In this document: piece after piece, positions 14,165 through 25,694 of the stretch
Layout of the letters: every line of letters starts with the position of its first letter
Numbering within the stretch: position 1 is the stretch's first letter
Translations under genes and position numbers: made by a program
The notes under the pieces: model-generated
The model's database searches: none
Seen by the model: only the letters and a program-made list of their open reading frames with translations
Told to the model about the DNA's origin: nothing
NCBI GenBank assembly: GCA_951406725.2
Contig: OX597817.1
Location: 133,548,001 to 133,612,000 of the forward strand
DNA length: 64,000 nt
Direction: 5' to 3'
Origin: Octopus vulgaris
Taxonomy: Eukaryota

Positions 14165-14500
14165 ATGATGTCTGCAAAGGTTAGAAAGAAATGAAACGAG
14201 CATGCTCCACTGACTGTGCAATATTAGTGTTCATAACAAGTCAAGAGAAGAGCTGAATTTAAAGGGGTCAAATGTAGCATGCAAGAGGGAAGGCTGTGAT
14301 GATATATGGCACATATAGAGGGTGATAGCTGTACAAAGAAATGCAGGACACTGAAAGTGAATGGAGCCTATGGATGAGGAAGGCCTAAGAAAACATGGGA
14401 AGAAGTGGTGAAGACTGATCTTAGGATATTGAGCCTCATAAAGATGACAAAGGACGGCAGTGATTGGTTATATGAGGTGCAGGAAAGGACCTGCCGAACT
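14165..14500 (+). mobile_element. RTE-clade LINE ORF C-terminal relic
   Basis: QRLERNETSMLH*LCNISVH ... GDSCTKKCRTLKVNGAYG*GRPKKTWEEVVKTDLRILSL, with stops and frameshifts. Confidence 0.8.
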
Positions 14501-14805
14501 GTGCCAGAATGGTAGTAAGAGATGATGGATGTCAATAATGAGGGATAGAGAAAGGAGGAATAGAAGAGTGTGATAGCTAGCAATAAAAATGGGTGTAAGA
14601 TGGGGATTAAATATCAGCAGGTCCAGTGCAAAGGTATGTCTTATTATACAGGTGGCATGTTGTGAGAGAAATAGTGCTTGTAGGAATATGTATTGATAAG
14701 GGAGGGAGTGAATAAACGATGTTAGGGTGAGCAATATGGAAACTTAATTGAACTTTATAGTTGAGAGAGATCCAAATGCAGACATTACAAACTCTACACT
14801 CCAAA

Positions 14806-14990
14806 TCATCATCGTTTAATGTGTATGTTCCATGCTGGCATAGATAGGACAGCCTGACCAGTCCAAGGAATGTATCATGCTTCATGTCTGCTTTGGCATG
14901 GTCTCTACTGCCGGATGCCCTTTCTAATGCCTACCACTTTATATTGTGTACTGGGTGCCTTTTTCATGCCACCAGCACTAATGAGATTGC
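14806..14990 (-). mobile_element. Family A copy
   Basis: atcatcatcgtttaatgtgtatgttccatgctggcat...ggatgccctttctaatgcctaccac is the reverse complement of family A. Confidence 0.8.
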
Positions 14991-16466
14991 CATACAGACT
15001 AAGATCCCAAGTATGTGTGTGTTTTTATTTGTGGTATGTTCATCAACTTCTATATCTACAGCACTGCAGCAATGAACTTTTAAATAATACACAAGTTTTG
15101 ATTGGCAGATACGAAATCAGAACTGTTGAAGTATTAGATGTATTAATGAAGCTTGCAATAACAGCAGGCACCAAGGAGAGATTATTGCATTATAGATATC
15201 CTTGTGGAAATACTAAATATTTTCTAACTACCTTAATTTTAGTTGTGATTAGGATAAGTATGAGGTAGAGAAACTTAAGATATTTTCTACTTTCATAGTA
15301 ACTTGACAAACCAATAATGAAATGTCCCTTGACCTGCTAGACAAAGTAGGTAAATCTCCTTCAAATAATTCTCTACTGTCTTGAAAGGTGAAGGCCACAC
15401 TTAAAAGCCCTGTTTTCAGAAAACTGAAATGGTCACAGCTGGAATATTTTTGATTATAAGTTTTCTCTGTCAGGACTGTCTTACTACTATCAGCAACAAC
15501 AGATGTTCTTGATCTTTATTGATAATAAATTTGTAATTTGTATATGAACTGTGAATTTTTATGTTAATGAAACATGGAAGTGATCTAGATAACACCAATG
15601 ACAAGACAGGAATGTTTTAAGTATGCATTAATATGTAAATAGGTAGTAAACTCAATCTGTCACTCAGTTTGTCAGCACCACTTAGCAAAATCCATTTGGA
15701 CTAAAGCATTTGGTCCATGTGTCCAATTTGAGGGGTCCTCAATACCATTATGTACTTGCTACCTACTACAGCAACACTTGAAGATTGAAGGATGCGGATT
15801 TTTTTCCCTTTGCCTCCACCAGTTTGAGAGACTCAGGGAGAAAGTCATAGGTACTGCCCTTCCTCCTAACTTAGCTATATAAAAAAGAGATTTATTTGCA
15901 TGACAAACTGGCTTGGTAAGAAGTTTAAGTGATAAGTATGATTGTTTCAAAATGTAGGAGATAAATAAATTATGAATGCTGCTAAGTGGGAAGATGTTGT
16001 GAGAGAAAGAGGAAGGATAATTGTTTCAAGTGTGGATTATAAAAAACTTGGAAAGAATACACACACACACACATATTTGTATGTAAGTGCATATATATAT
16101 TTACATATATATATATTTACATATATATATATTTACATATATATATATATATATATATATATAGTAAAAGTGGAAGGTACTGCATGAGGGAACAAATATA
16201 GGGAAAAGGATTTGAAAATGTAGAGGTCTTTTAAAGATCTTTATTGACTTGACTGGTTTCACTTTTTTAAAAAGAGATTTTCAAAAGCAAAGTGCAAAGC
16301 TTTGTGCAGCCATTGCGGTGTTAGAGATTATTAGCATAGATGTATTTAAACAAATAGTGATAGAGTCTTTGACAATGATGAGAAAATGTTAAGGGAAGCT
16401 TTGCGTTTAAACAATTTACATAAAAGTGTTCAAAATAGGCGGTAAAATAAGTTCATAATTGTTTAT

Positions 16467-16615
16467 AAGTTCATCAGAAATCATAATTGTTTATAAGGAT
16501 TTTAGAGGAATGACCAACCTTTTTCTTTTTCTTCATCTTCAGTCTTGGAGATGAAGAAAAAAGGTTGGTCATACCTCTAAAATCCTTATAAACAGTTATT
16601 GTTTCTGATGAACTT
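16467..16615. repeat. Fold-back inverted repeat, ~72-bp arms, 4-nt loop
   Basis: aagttcatcagaaa..tttataaggattttagaggaatgaccaaccttttt..cttcatcttca-gtct-tggagatgaagaaaaaaggttggtcatacctctaaaatccttataaac..tttctgatgaactt. Confidence 0.9.
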
Positions 16616-16637
16616 TTGATAAAACAATACATGCTTT

Positions 16638-16935
16638 GGTGCTTAAAAGAACACACACAGATCATAGCAGACAAGTCATAGTAGTCTGTCATGGGCACTG
16701 GAATTCTCTAGACATCCTTGTTAAGTTGGATATGAAGATTAACTTTTGGTAGCAATATTGCTTTCATTGCTAATAATTAATGTTCCATAGACCTGCTGGT
16801 TATTTTTGACATCAGTGTTTGAAATGATGCTGATATTCTATATATTGTAGTAACAAGATTTAACTCACTGGAAATTCTGGTGCCCATGACAGACAATTTT
16901 TGTCTGCTATGATCTATTTGTGTGCCTTAAGTGCC
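16638..16935. repeat. Spaced inverted repeat (~70-bp arms), MITE-like
   Basis: agatcatagcagacaa..gtctgtcatgggcac (left) versus gtgcccatgacagac..ttgtctgctatgatct (right). The right arm carries a 27-bp tandem duplication. Confidence 0.8.
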
Positions 16936-19900
16936 TATGATCTATTTGTGTGCCTTAAGTGTCTGTATGAGAGGATACTTCAAGGTTAATAATGCAGTAT
17001 TCAGTGTTCCAACAAGGCATTCATGTTAAGTTGGATATAAAAATTACCTTTTGATATGTATATATATTGTAGCAGTATTCATATTTGTCTCATCTTTTCA
17101 GCAATCAATCAACCATTCTATCCGTCTAGTTATCTACTACTTACCTACCTATCTATATACATCTATTGTCATGTATGTATATGCGTAAATAAATATAGTT
17201 TTGTGTGTAATGTAGAAACTAGTTCAGTGAAATTATGATTATTATCATCATCATGTTCCCATGGCAACAGCTGGTACTGTGTTTCTACCTAATATTGTAG
17301 ACAACAATTGCTCTGAAGCAAACACATTTTCTTTTCTCTTTTGATCATTGTAACAGCTGCAGAAAATTGCTTTCAAGTAATTGAGGTAATTTTCTAATGC
17401 AATAAGACTTAAGGGACAGCGATAAAGTTTGTGATACAATTCCATCTTAGAATGACCATGTGAGAGTACGATTACCAAGGCTTTATCTATATCTGTCTTG
17501 AACTGTCAAGCACACCTTAATTACTGTTTAATTTGATGTTTTCTTCTAGAATATATTTCTTCATTATTACTTCACTCTTTACCTACCAGCTAATGATACC
17601 CCTCCCCACACACACATTCACACATGTGCACACGCATCCAAGAGACAAACATCTACCTAAGAGGGAAACATACTTTCCAATGCTGGTCTTTTTTGTATCT
17701 ATAACATCTCAGCTCTTCTAAACTTGCTGATTTTATACTATTCCTTCCCAAACTTGTTCTTTATACATTCACTTATCAATTACCAGTAAATTACCAGGCC
17801 AGACAGGTCAAAAGGTGGGAGACAGACAAAACTTTAGCAACAATAAATAGAAGCATCAGCAGCAGGACGTGGATTTAGTTATTGGCAGGACTTAACAGAT
17901 CAGATTCCTGGCTTTGAGCTAGCTGGATGTCATGCAATACAAGACAATGGACGAGACCCTGATATTCTTAGTTAGATGGAGACTGCATAACCACATGGAT
18001 CAGTGCCCTGTGACTCCTATAGTATGCACAACTGGAATGCGTATGAAAGGGGCATCCTGTGGGATGACCTAGATGAGATGAGATATTCTTCAGGAAATTT
18101 CCCTCTATGTTGCATACACTAACTGCAATACTTCCAAGAAAACACTGCACAAACATCAGTTATCCCTATGTCTAGTATACAACGAATTCAGTATGTCATG
18201 GGTACTGCTCCTCTCTGTTAGATTAAGGAATAAAACAAAACTATAAACATTAAGGCCTTTGGTTATCCCAAATCCTTGAAACTTACCTATTTCCATCACT
18301 ACCTATAATTACAGCTATCCCTATCTTCGCATCATTTAGTTTCCCTAAATACACCCAGCTACGTATATATTTTCACCAAATACCTCTATTCACCTGATTA
18401 CTCTGTCCATTAAGCTACTTCTCAATTGTTAAGAATAGGTAAAGAAATCATTAGGCAACATTATAAAGTGAAAACATCCAAGACAAAAATATATTTTCAT
18501 ATCTGCTTAACACGTGAAACAGGAACTGAACTGCAATCTCCAAAAGCTCCTTGAAGCTAAGGAAGATTTTACTTTATTTATTAACATTTTACATTTACCT
18601 CTACCATCCATTGTTCACTTCTCACATATATGTTGTATCAATCTATTGAATCTCTGACAATCACCACTAGCTGTTTCTACTCACCTAAGGGCTTTTCATA
18701 TTAACTTCAAGTATCTCAGTTCAACCCTATTTATCTCTCTTCTTAGAGAATGAGATATATATATTGAAAGAAATAGTTTGATTTATTGATGACATATTTA
18801 ACTAATGGAATATAAAAATAGATTAGAAGTTGTTACTCAAATAATGATATACATTCTAAAGACATGAGTATTACTTGAATCCACTTCTTGTCACTCAAAG
18901 TCAATATGGAGCACTGAATACGAACTGAAAATATGGGTAAGAAAACTCAAGCTGTATTGTTATACAATAAATTAGAATACCTTTGGGTTATAATGTTTTA
19001 AAAACACACCGCACCTTGTTAACTAGTGTCAGTTTACCGTTGCAAAAGGATACTAACAAAACAAAAAATGTTAATTAATAATTAGGTAAAAAGCCTTAAA
19101 ATCACACATTTTACTCAAGTTATTGTAGAGAAGAACACTTTACCTGTTCACACTTCTTTTTTTAATTGATGACAACCAGAATTTTACTTTCTTAAAACTT
19201 ATTGTTGCTGACCCTATTTTTTAATGATCATTACATGTCTATTAGTCAAATGTGTTTAGCTATAACTCCAATTGCCATTTTAGTTAACCCTTTCATGACA
19301 CTACCACTGGTAGTATCACTAATGGCTACTTGTAAGCAATCTATCATTGAGTGAACATGTTCAAAACAGTAACTGCTGCTACTGCTGCTTGTAGTATTGG
19401 TAATGGCTAACACATGTAGTAGCTATTGTATCTGTAAATACTGTTGAGAATGAGCTAATTGCTTGAAGTACTTAAACACTTGTAATAGCTGTTACACCTT
19501 GCAGACAAAAACATGATGTATATAAATGGTAAAGGGACTTGAAAGTTGAGTATTTTTCCAAGTATCTTTGTACAAAATGAAATTTGTGGATGGTGCTGGT
19601 TAATAAAGCTTAAGACAGAGTGGAACAAACAGTCAGATGTAAAGGAGAAAGACTGAATAAGGCAGCTTTTTATCTTGCATCTGTAAATCACCTTACTGGC
19701 TAACTTCCAGCCAGCTCAATATTTATCTCTTCTCTCCTCTATATCTTAGTTTGTGATTAAGTTGACTGCAACACAGACTCAGTTCAACACTTTATTCTCT
19801 TCAGTGCTTTGGTAACTTTAGAATTTGCCAAGGTCATCAGGTTATAAATACCGTTCTGTCATTTTCTCTATCCCCATAGTGTCTTTCTAGAAAAATAGAA

Positions 19901-20900
19901 ACCAACCTAATTGCTCTTTACGTTTGAAAATTTAGAAATTGGTGTTAATACTACAACATAAAATACATTCATTTCTACGTACAACAGAACTGGAAATGAA
20001 AGTGGGCATCTTATTGTTGTTTATCCCCACTCATCCCACATTCAACAGATCTCTGCTGAACGGTGTCCCAACCAACAATCTTGTTCTTTTTTTTCTCTAT
20101 CAGAAACTATAATTCCCAATATGATTTGTGGGAGATGTGACTGTTAACAGGTGAAGCAAATATGTAGAAGCTCTCTTGCTGGTTCAAAAGAGTGTACGTA
20201 ATGTTTAAAGAGCTGTTTATGTGTTTAGTATAACATGATAGTGTCTGTGTACCCGTGATGTTATTACATTCTTTTCAATAAAATCTCTAGTGCTTTTAAG
20301 ATGTGAATTTACAAAAGTGAGTTTCACTCTAAACCCATTTGGTCATTATGCTTCACCAAGTGGAATATATAGGGAATACAGAAAATAAAGAAAAAAATAT
20401 TATAAAAGAAAACAATAAAGCTATATCATTTGAAATGAAATGGTTTCTTTCAGAAATTAAGCTAATATTGCATTTTTTTAATTATCTCAGTTTTATATAT
20501 TATCAGAGTTGCAATTTACTTGAAATCCTATATTGTATTCCTTGATGCCAACATCAGCAATAACAATGTTATAGATATTTGATGTCAGTCCCAATAGCTA
20601 TTCTGTGTAACCAAACTAGGTTTCAAAACATTTTCTACATCCGCGTTTGTCATATCTGTCAGCTTTCCATGACTACTGATATTTAAATAAGTTCTCTTAC
20701 TTGCTGTGGTGTTATTACCTTTTCTTGTTTTTGTTAGTTTTTTTTTATTAATGAGAGAGGGAGGAGGAAGAGGAGGAAGGAGTGATAGGACATAAGGAAC
20801 TAAACAAAAATGGTTATGTATCAGGACTGATACCTACATATTAAAATGAAACACTTTATTAAATCAAAATGTACAATGGAATTACTTAAAAAACTTTCCA

Positions 20901-21260
20901 CTAGCAAACGTGCTTTGTCATTGCCAAAGTGTATGAACATATTGCTACATGACTGCAGTCAACTAGACAAATGTGGAGTATCATTGCCAAAGTGATGAAA
21001 ATATCGCTACATAACAGCTGTCAACTAGACAGCTGTGCTGTGTCATTGCTAAAGTGTATGAAAATGTTGCTACATGACTGCTGTCAGCTGGACAAATGTG
21101 CAGTGTCATTGCATGAAAATATTGCTACATGACTGCAGTCAGCTAAACAAATGTGCAGTGCTATTGCCGTACTGATGAAAATATTGTTATATGACTACCT
21201 TTAATGAGACAAATGTGCAGTGTCATTGCTGAAGTGTATGAAAATATTGCTTCATTACAG
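20901..21260. repeat. 63-bp minisatellite, ~5.7 copies
   Basis: Unit gacaaatgtgcagtgtcattgccaaagtgtatgaaaatattgctacatgactgcagtcaacta is repeated head-to-tail with substitutions and one short deletion. Confidence 0.9.
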
Positions 21261-21641
21261 CCTGCCATTTCTATTGAATGTAGCTTACACAGCATTTCTG
21301 TATATTTAGTTGTTTGGTAATTTCCCCCAATCTGCCTGGTTCTTATCTATTTACATCTTCTCCAACCCAGTACCCATGCTCATCTTTTGACATGTCTGTG
21401 ACTCTCTCCTACTTATCAGAATATGACTGCTTATTGCACTGCAACCATTGTGTATATCAAGGTGGACTTAACAAATACAATAGCCGTCACATGCTACTTT
21501 TTGCTAGTTAAATCTATGGAAACATTTTGACTTGTAATAGAACATCATATATTATGGATATTGCTGGTGAGATCACTTCTGCTTGCATGATTTATCACAG
21601 CCTAGCTCAGTTTCTCAAAGTATGTCAATATATAGCACCTA

Positions 21642-21789
21642 CTACACTCTTGGAGTGGTTGGCATTAGGAAGGACATCCAGCTGTAGAAACATTGCCCGA
21701 TGAGATTGGAGCCTGGTGCAACCTCAGTCAAACTGCCCAACCCCTGCCAGCATGGAAAACAGATGTTAAACGATGATGATGATAATGAT
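21642..21789 (+). mobile_element. Family A copy
   Basis: ctacactcttggagtggttggcattaggaaggacatccagctgtagaaac...catggaaaacagatgttaaacgatgatgat. Confidence 0.85.
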
Positions 21790-21886
21790 ATAATGTACAG
21801 ATCCATGATAGAAATATATAGAAGAAAAAGAAAATAGAGATTGGAAAGTTAATAATTGTTCATCACTAACAGTAAATTAACCCTCA

Positions 21887-21978
21887 TCCCTTACAGCTGT
21901 TTCAATTAATACTAAGTAAATATTAAGTAAATATTAAATCTATATTTATATGACCTCAGCATAATATCTTCAGAAGGA
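21887..21978 (-). ncRNA. Type I hammerhead ribozyme motif (core intact)
   Basis: Minus strand: tcctt-CTGAAGA-tattatgctgag...cttagtattaatt-GAAAC-AGCT-GTA-aggga. It has a 5-bp stem I, palindromic stem III ACAGCTGT and a GUA triplet. Confidence 0.75.
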
Positions 21979-22069
21979 AAAATTATACCCTTGGGTATTT
22001 ATGTGTTTATGGATTCATTATAGCAGACAAATCCAGAAATACATATAAAACATCGAAGTGTATATTTTT

Positions 22070-22161
22070 TCCCTCTGAAGATATTATGCACAGGTCATAT
22101 AAATATAGATTTAATATTTACTTACTATTTACTGAGTATTAATTGAAGCAGCTGTAAGGGA
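22070..22161 (+). ncRNA. Type I hammerhead motif with one core substitution
   Basis: tccct-CTGAAGA-...-GAAGC-AGCT-GTA-aggga; mirror copy of 21887-21978. Confidence 0.65.
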
Positions 22162-22399
22162 TGATGATTAATTTGCTGTTAATAATAAACAATTTATTAA
22201 CTTCCTAATCTCCATTTTCTTCTTCTTTTATATGAATATAAATTATATGTTTTTATACATATACCTATTATTTTAAGAAAATTAATTCCCCCAAAATACT
22301 ACGTATTGAACCAGTATTTCCTTGGATGAGGAAGTACATCCCTTCGTGAGGTTAACACAGCCTCTAATCATATATATTGTATAACCTGCCGAAATTGCA

Positions 22400-22539
22400 A
22401 AGATAATCTGGAACTCAACTGAAGAAAGAAAACTCCAAATGACCTTTCCTTGTTTTCTTTGCATCGTCTATCTGGATGTTTTGTTGTCCCTTTTTTGTAT
22501 CACCTGACTGTCTGGATGTTTTGCGTTCTTGTCCCACTT

Positions 22540-22545
<6 letters not shown>
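22400..22545 (+). mobile_element. Family C element 3' end
   Basis: aatctggaactcaactgaagaaagaaaactccaaatgacctttccttgttt..ctgtctggatgttttg matches 47392-47520 and 46617-46735, and ends at (TG)/(TA)n. Confidence 0.7.
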
Positions 22546-22577
<32 letters not shown>

Positions 22578-22877
22578 CATCTCTAAAATTATCTAGCCAT
22601 ACGTACTACTTTATGTATCTGAGTCACTTGCTCATGTACCCAACTGTTTTGGAAGCTATAGTACTCCTGTTTGCCTGGCTTTGTCATGAATAGCAATTGC
22701 TCTTCTGCCTAAATGCAGCTATCCTTGCTGATCACCACAATTTAGCTCTCCTTTGTTTCACAACACAATACTCTTTACCACTCCTTTTCTACTCTGTACT
22801 CACATACTGCATACACATATACACATGTTCTTTACTCATTCAGCAACACACTATATTTACCACACCTGTTCCTATGC

Positions 22878-22912
<35 letters not shown>

Positions 22913-23130
22913 CCATGCATAATTCATATTGTCCCCCTACCTACTTTATATACACTCAAACCTGTCTTGCATATTCTTCATCTTTGTCTTCTTAACATCT
23001 GCACACCTTATATCCCTACCCATGTTCGGTTTTTCTTTGCTAAACAAACAACTTATTTACTGCACAACTTTCTGACAGCCAACCAAACCTATTACATCTT
23101 TGAATAAACATCTTGTGTATTTTCTCATCT

Positions 23131-23164
23131 GTCATGACAATGGACCACTGTCTGAAACGTTGAC
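23131..23164 (+). ncRNA. Minimal hammerhead relic
   Basis: gtc-ATGACAA-t-ggac(cact)gtct-GAAAC-GTT-gac. Stems pair; there are two core changes relative to CTGACGA. Confidence 0.5.
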
Positions 23165-24136
23165 TTAACTTTCATTCCTTTTTCTTTGACATTAAATATA
23201 TTAACTTTGTCACTGCTTTTGATTTTGCTATTTTGTTGTTTTTTTTGTATGTCATGTGAATATAAATTAATTTGCCTCCATATGTACATTATACTGTTTC
23301 ACAGATAAAGTGTGCAAACAGCTGAGTTTATTGGAGTACCAGATTAACTGCTCAGAATGCTTGGTGTTTAGTATCGTGTCATTACTCTATGATGTGAAGA
23401 CAGTTCAGGAATCTTCCAATTTACCTGGTTACATATAAATAACACAATGTAAGAACAACTAGCTGCTCACTTAAGCACTGTATAGGACTCTTTAAATTAG
23501 CAAGTGTTGTGTTTGTTCATAGCGGGTTGTATATAGCATGGAGACTTGTTCTCTCAAACTGATTTGTTTGTGTTATAGTATGTAATAACATGGTCTTCTG
23601 TGATGCTTGTAGGCCTGTTAGCTCAGCCTCTTCAACTAAAGCAAACTAGATCTGTACAGCAGTTAATGAAACATACTCTGAATAGTCAACTACTGATAGA
23701 AATAACAGACAAATATTCCTTAAATTACATCCTATTATCTTCACTTTTAAAGTCCTATATTACATATATCTGTAGTTGTTGCCAAATCATGAAACTGCAG
23801 GTTAGAAAGTGATTTAGGGATTCAAAGCTGGGAACAGGCACACTTCTGTGCAAGATAAAAGATTTAGTCTTATTTTAGAAAGAACTATCAAAAGGCTTTT
23901 TGTTTGTACTGTTTACACCTACTGTTTTGCATCTTACCAAGTAAAATTTCTTTGGATTTTTTCTTCAATTTTTTAGTTTAATGACAATTAATACCTCAAA
24001 AAGTGAGTTAGAATTTGACGATACTAATTTCATCACCATCATCGTTTTAACATTCTTTTCCATGGTTGCAAGGGACTGACAGAGTTTTGGAAATGAATGA
24101 TGTTTACTTACAACACTTACGCAATTTCAGGACAAG

Positions 24137-24138
<2 letters not shown>

Positions 24139-24229
<91 letters not shown>
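24139..24229. repeat. (TC)n(CA)n compound microsatellite
   Basis: Directly visible. Confidence 0.95.
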
Positions 24230-24385
24230 TTTAAGTCACAACATATGGAATCAATTCAGTAGCATTCATTAAAAAAATTTCCTTAATGTATCATTCTACA
24301 GAACATATAGAATGCCTAATACTATTTCTCTGTAATTTGTGATTTAATATATATATATATATGTGTGTGTATGTGTGTGTGTATA

Positions 24386-24545
24386 CAGTGGGCTTATTTC
24401 AGTTTTTGCTTAGTCACAAAGCTTTGGTTGGCCTGGGGCTGGGCTATAGAAGAAGACACTTGCCTAAGGTACAACGCAGTGGTATTGAACCTGAAAATAT
24501 GTGCCTGGGAAGCAAATTTCTTACCACACAGCCATGCCTGCTCCT
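24386..24545 (-). mobile_element. Family B tRNA-headed SINE, 5' part
   Basis: Reverse complement of the head of 59852-60256 (A-box tggctgtgtgg, B-box ggttcaatacc, cttaggcaagtgtctt). Confidence 0.8.
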
Positions 24546-24799
24546 ATCATTTATGAATTATATACTTTTTTGCTCTTTTACTCTTTTCAGTCATTTGACT
24601 GTGGCCATGCTGGAGCACTGCCTTTTAGTCAAAAAAATCAACTCCTGGACTTATTCTTTGTAAGCCCGGTGCTTATTCTATCGATTCTTCTGCCAAACTG
24701 CTATGTTTTGGGGACGTAGACACACCAACATTGGTTGTCAAGTGATGATAGTGGGGGAGAAACACAGACACAAACACACACACATTAATACATGCATAT

Positions 24800-25005
24800 G
24801 TGACCTCGTGAGTACCACTGGCGATTTTTTTCCTCTGTCTTCCCTTCTCGGGATCTTTCCTTCTCCCATGTTTCTGACGAAGAGCTCCGCTCGAAATGTT
24901 AAACCCTCCTTCTTCCCTTCTTTCCTGAGCGTCCAATAATACTTTATTTGTTCCACGTCCTCGCGTTGTTGTGTTTTTTTTGTTTTTGTGTTTTCTTGTT
25001 TGGAT

Positions 25006-25010
<5 letters not shown>
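24800..25010 (+). mobile_element. Penelope-like pseudo-LTR fragment with hammerhead
   Basis: Hammerhead at 24870-24904, retained CpGs, and an end reading aac+(TA)n as in 3660-3880. Confidence 0.65.
24870..24904 (+). ncRNA. Minimal type I hammerhead ribozyme motif
   Basis: gttt-CTGACGA-a-gagc(tcc)gctc-GAAA-T-GTT-aaac. Perfect 4-bp stems I and II; GAAAC reads GAAAT, consistent with CpG decay. Confidence 0.7.
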
Positions 25011-25042
<32 letters not shown>

Positions 25043-25046
<4 letters not shown>

Positions 25047-25629
25047 AAATAGAAAGATGAATTTTCTTGTTACAGATTATTCAAAAGTTTAACCGATACC
25101 TGGGTAGCAAAAATCACAGCAGAAAATACACGGTTGGGGATAAGACCATTTGGTGTTGCAACCGTGCGTTGGTGCGGATAATTGAAGTTTAATATTATTA
25201 TTGAATGGAAGAAATGGAGTTGAACGAAGATTGTACAGAATTCCTTTTATTACATTCTACACATGTTTCAAAGGCCACAAATTTCCAAATTCTGATTAAA
25301 TAAGGGTACCATATTGTGGCTTTCTCATCAGGAAAAAACAGGAATTCCGTTGACAGAACAAAACAGAACAGAGGCGCAGCAATTGAACGAGGAGGCTCTT
25401 TAAGAGCCCATGGCTGAACTCTTGGCTGAGTTCAGCCATGGGCTCTTAAAGAGCCTCCTCATTCGAATTGCTGCGCCTCTGTTCTGTTTTGTTCTGTCAA
25501 ATTCTGTTTTTTCCTGATGAGCCACAATATGGTACCCTTATTTAATCAGAATTTGTTTGTAAACATGTGTAGAATGTAATAAAAGGAATTCTGTACAATC
25601 TTCGTTCAACTCCATTTCTTCCATTCAAT

Positions 25630-25637
<8 letters not shown>
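25043..25637 (-). mobile_element. Penelope-like pseudo-LTR with fold-back duplication, flanked by (TA)n on both sides
   Basis: Arms 25192-25421 and 25428-25637 surround loop ttggct. Each arm has a hammerhead followed by AATAAA. (TA)n lies at 25010-25042 and 25634-25690. Confidence 0.8.
25255..25334 (-). ncRNA. Type I hammerhead ribozyme motif (core intact)
   Basis: Minus strand: ttc-CTGATGA-gaaagccacaa...ttgtggccttt-GAAAC-ATGT-GTA-gaa-tgtAATAAA. Stem II pairs 10/11 and stem III contains palindromic ACATGT. Confidence 0.75.

Positions 25638-25694
<57 letters not shown>

Larger units (their letters stand above)
21815..22233. mobile_element. Fold-back Penelope-like pseudo-LTR pair (~200-bp arms), hammerhead in each arm
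   Basis: 21815-22015 is a diverged reverse complement of 22030-22233. Each arm contains CTGAAGA...GAA(A/G)C-AGCT-GTA. Confidence 0.8.

Noticed and set aside
17800-18650. Possible Penelope or other retroelement coding relic
   Set aside because: I could not read any recognisable RT or GIY-YIG motif in any frame.
20901-21260. Regularly spaced repeats suggestive of a CRISPR array
   Set aside because: The whole unit repeats and there are no unique spacers; the context is eukaryotic and has no cas genes.
23282-23360. Minus-strand CTGAGCA...GAAAC-A-GTA hammerhead-like string
   Set aside because: The G8 core position is wrong, and there is no convincing stem II or in-register stem I; probably chance.
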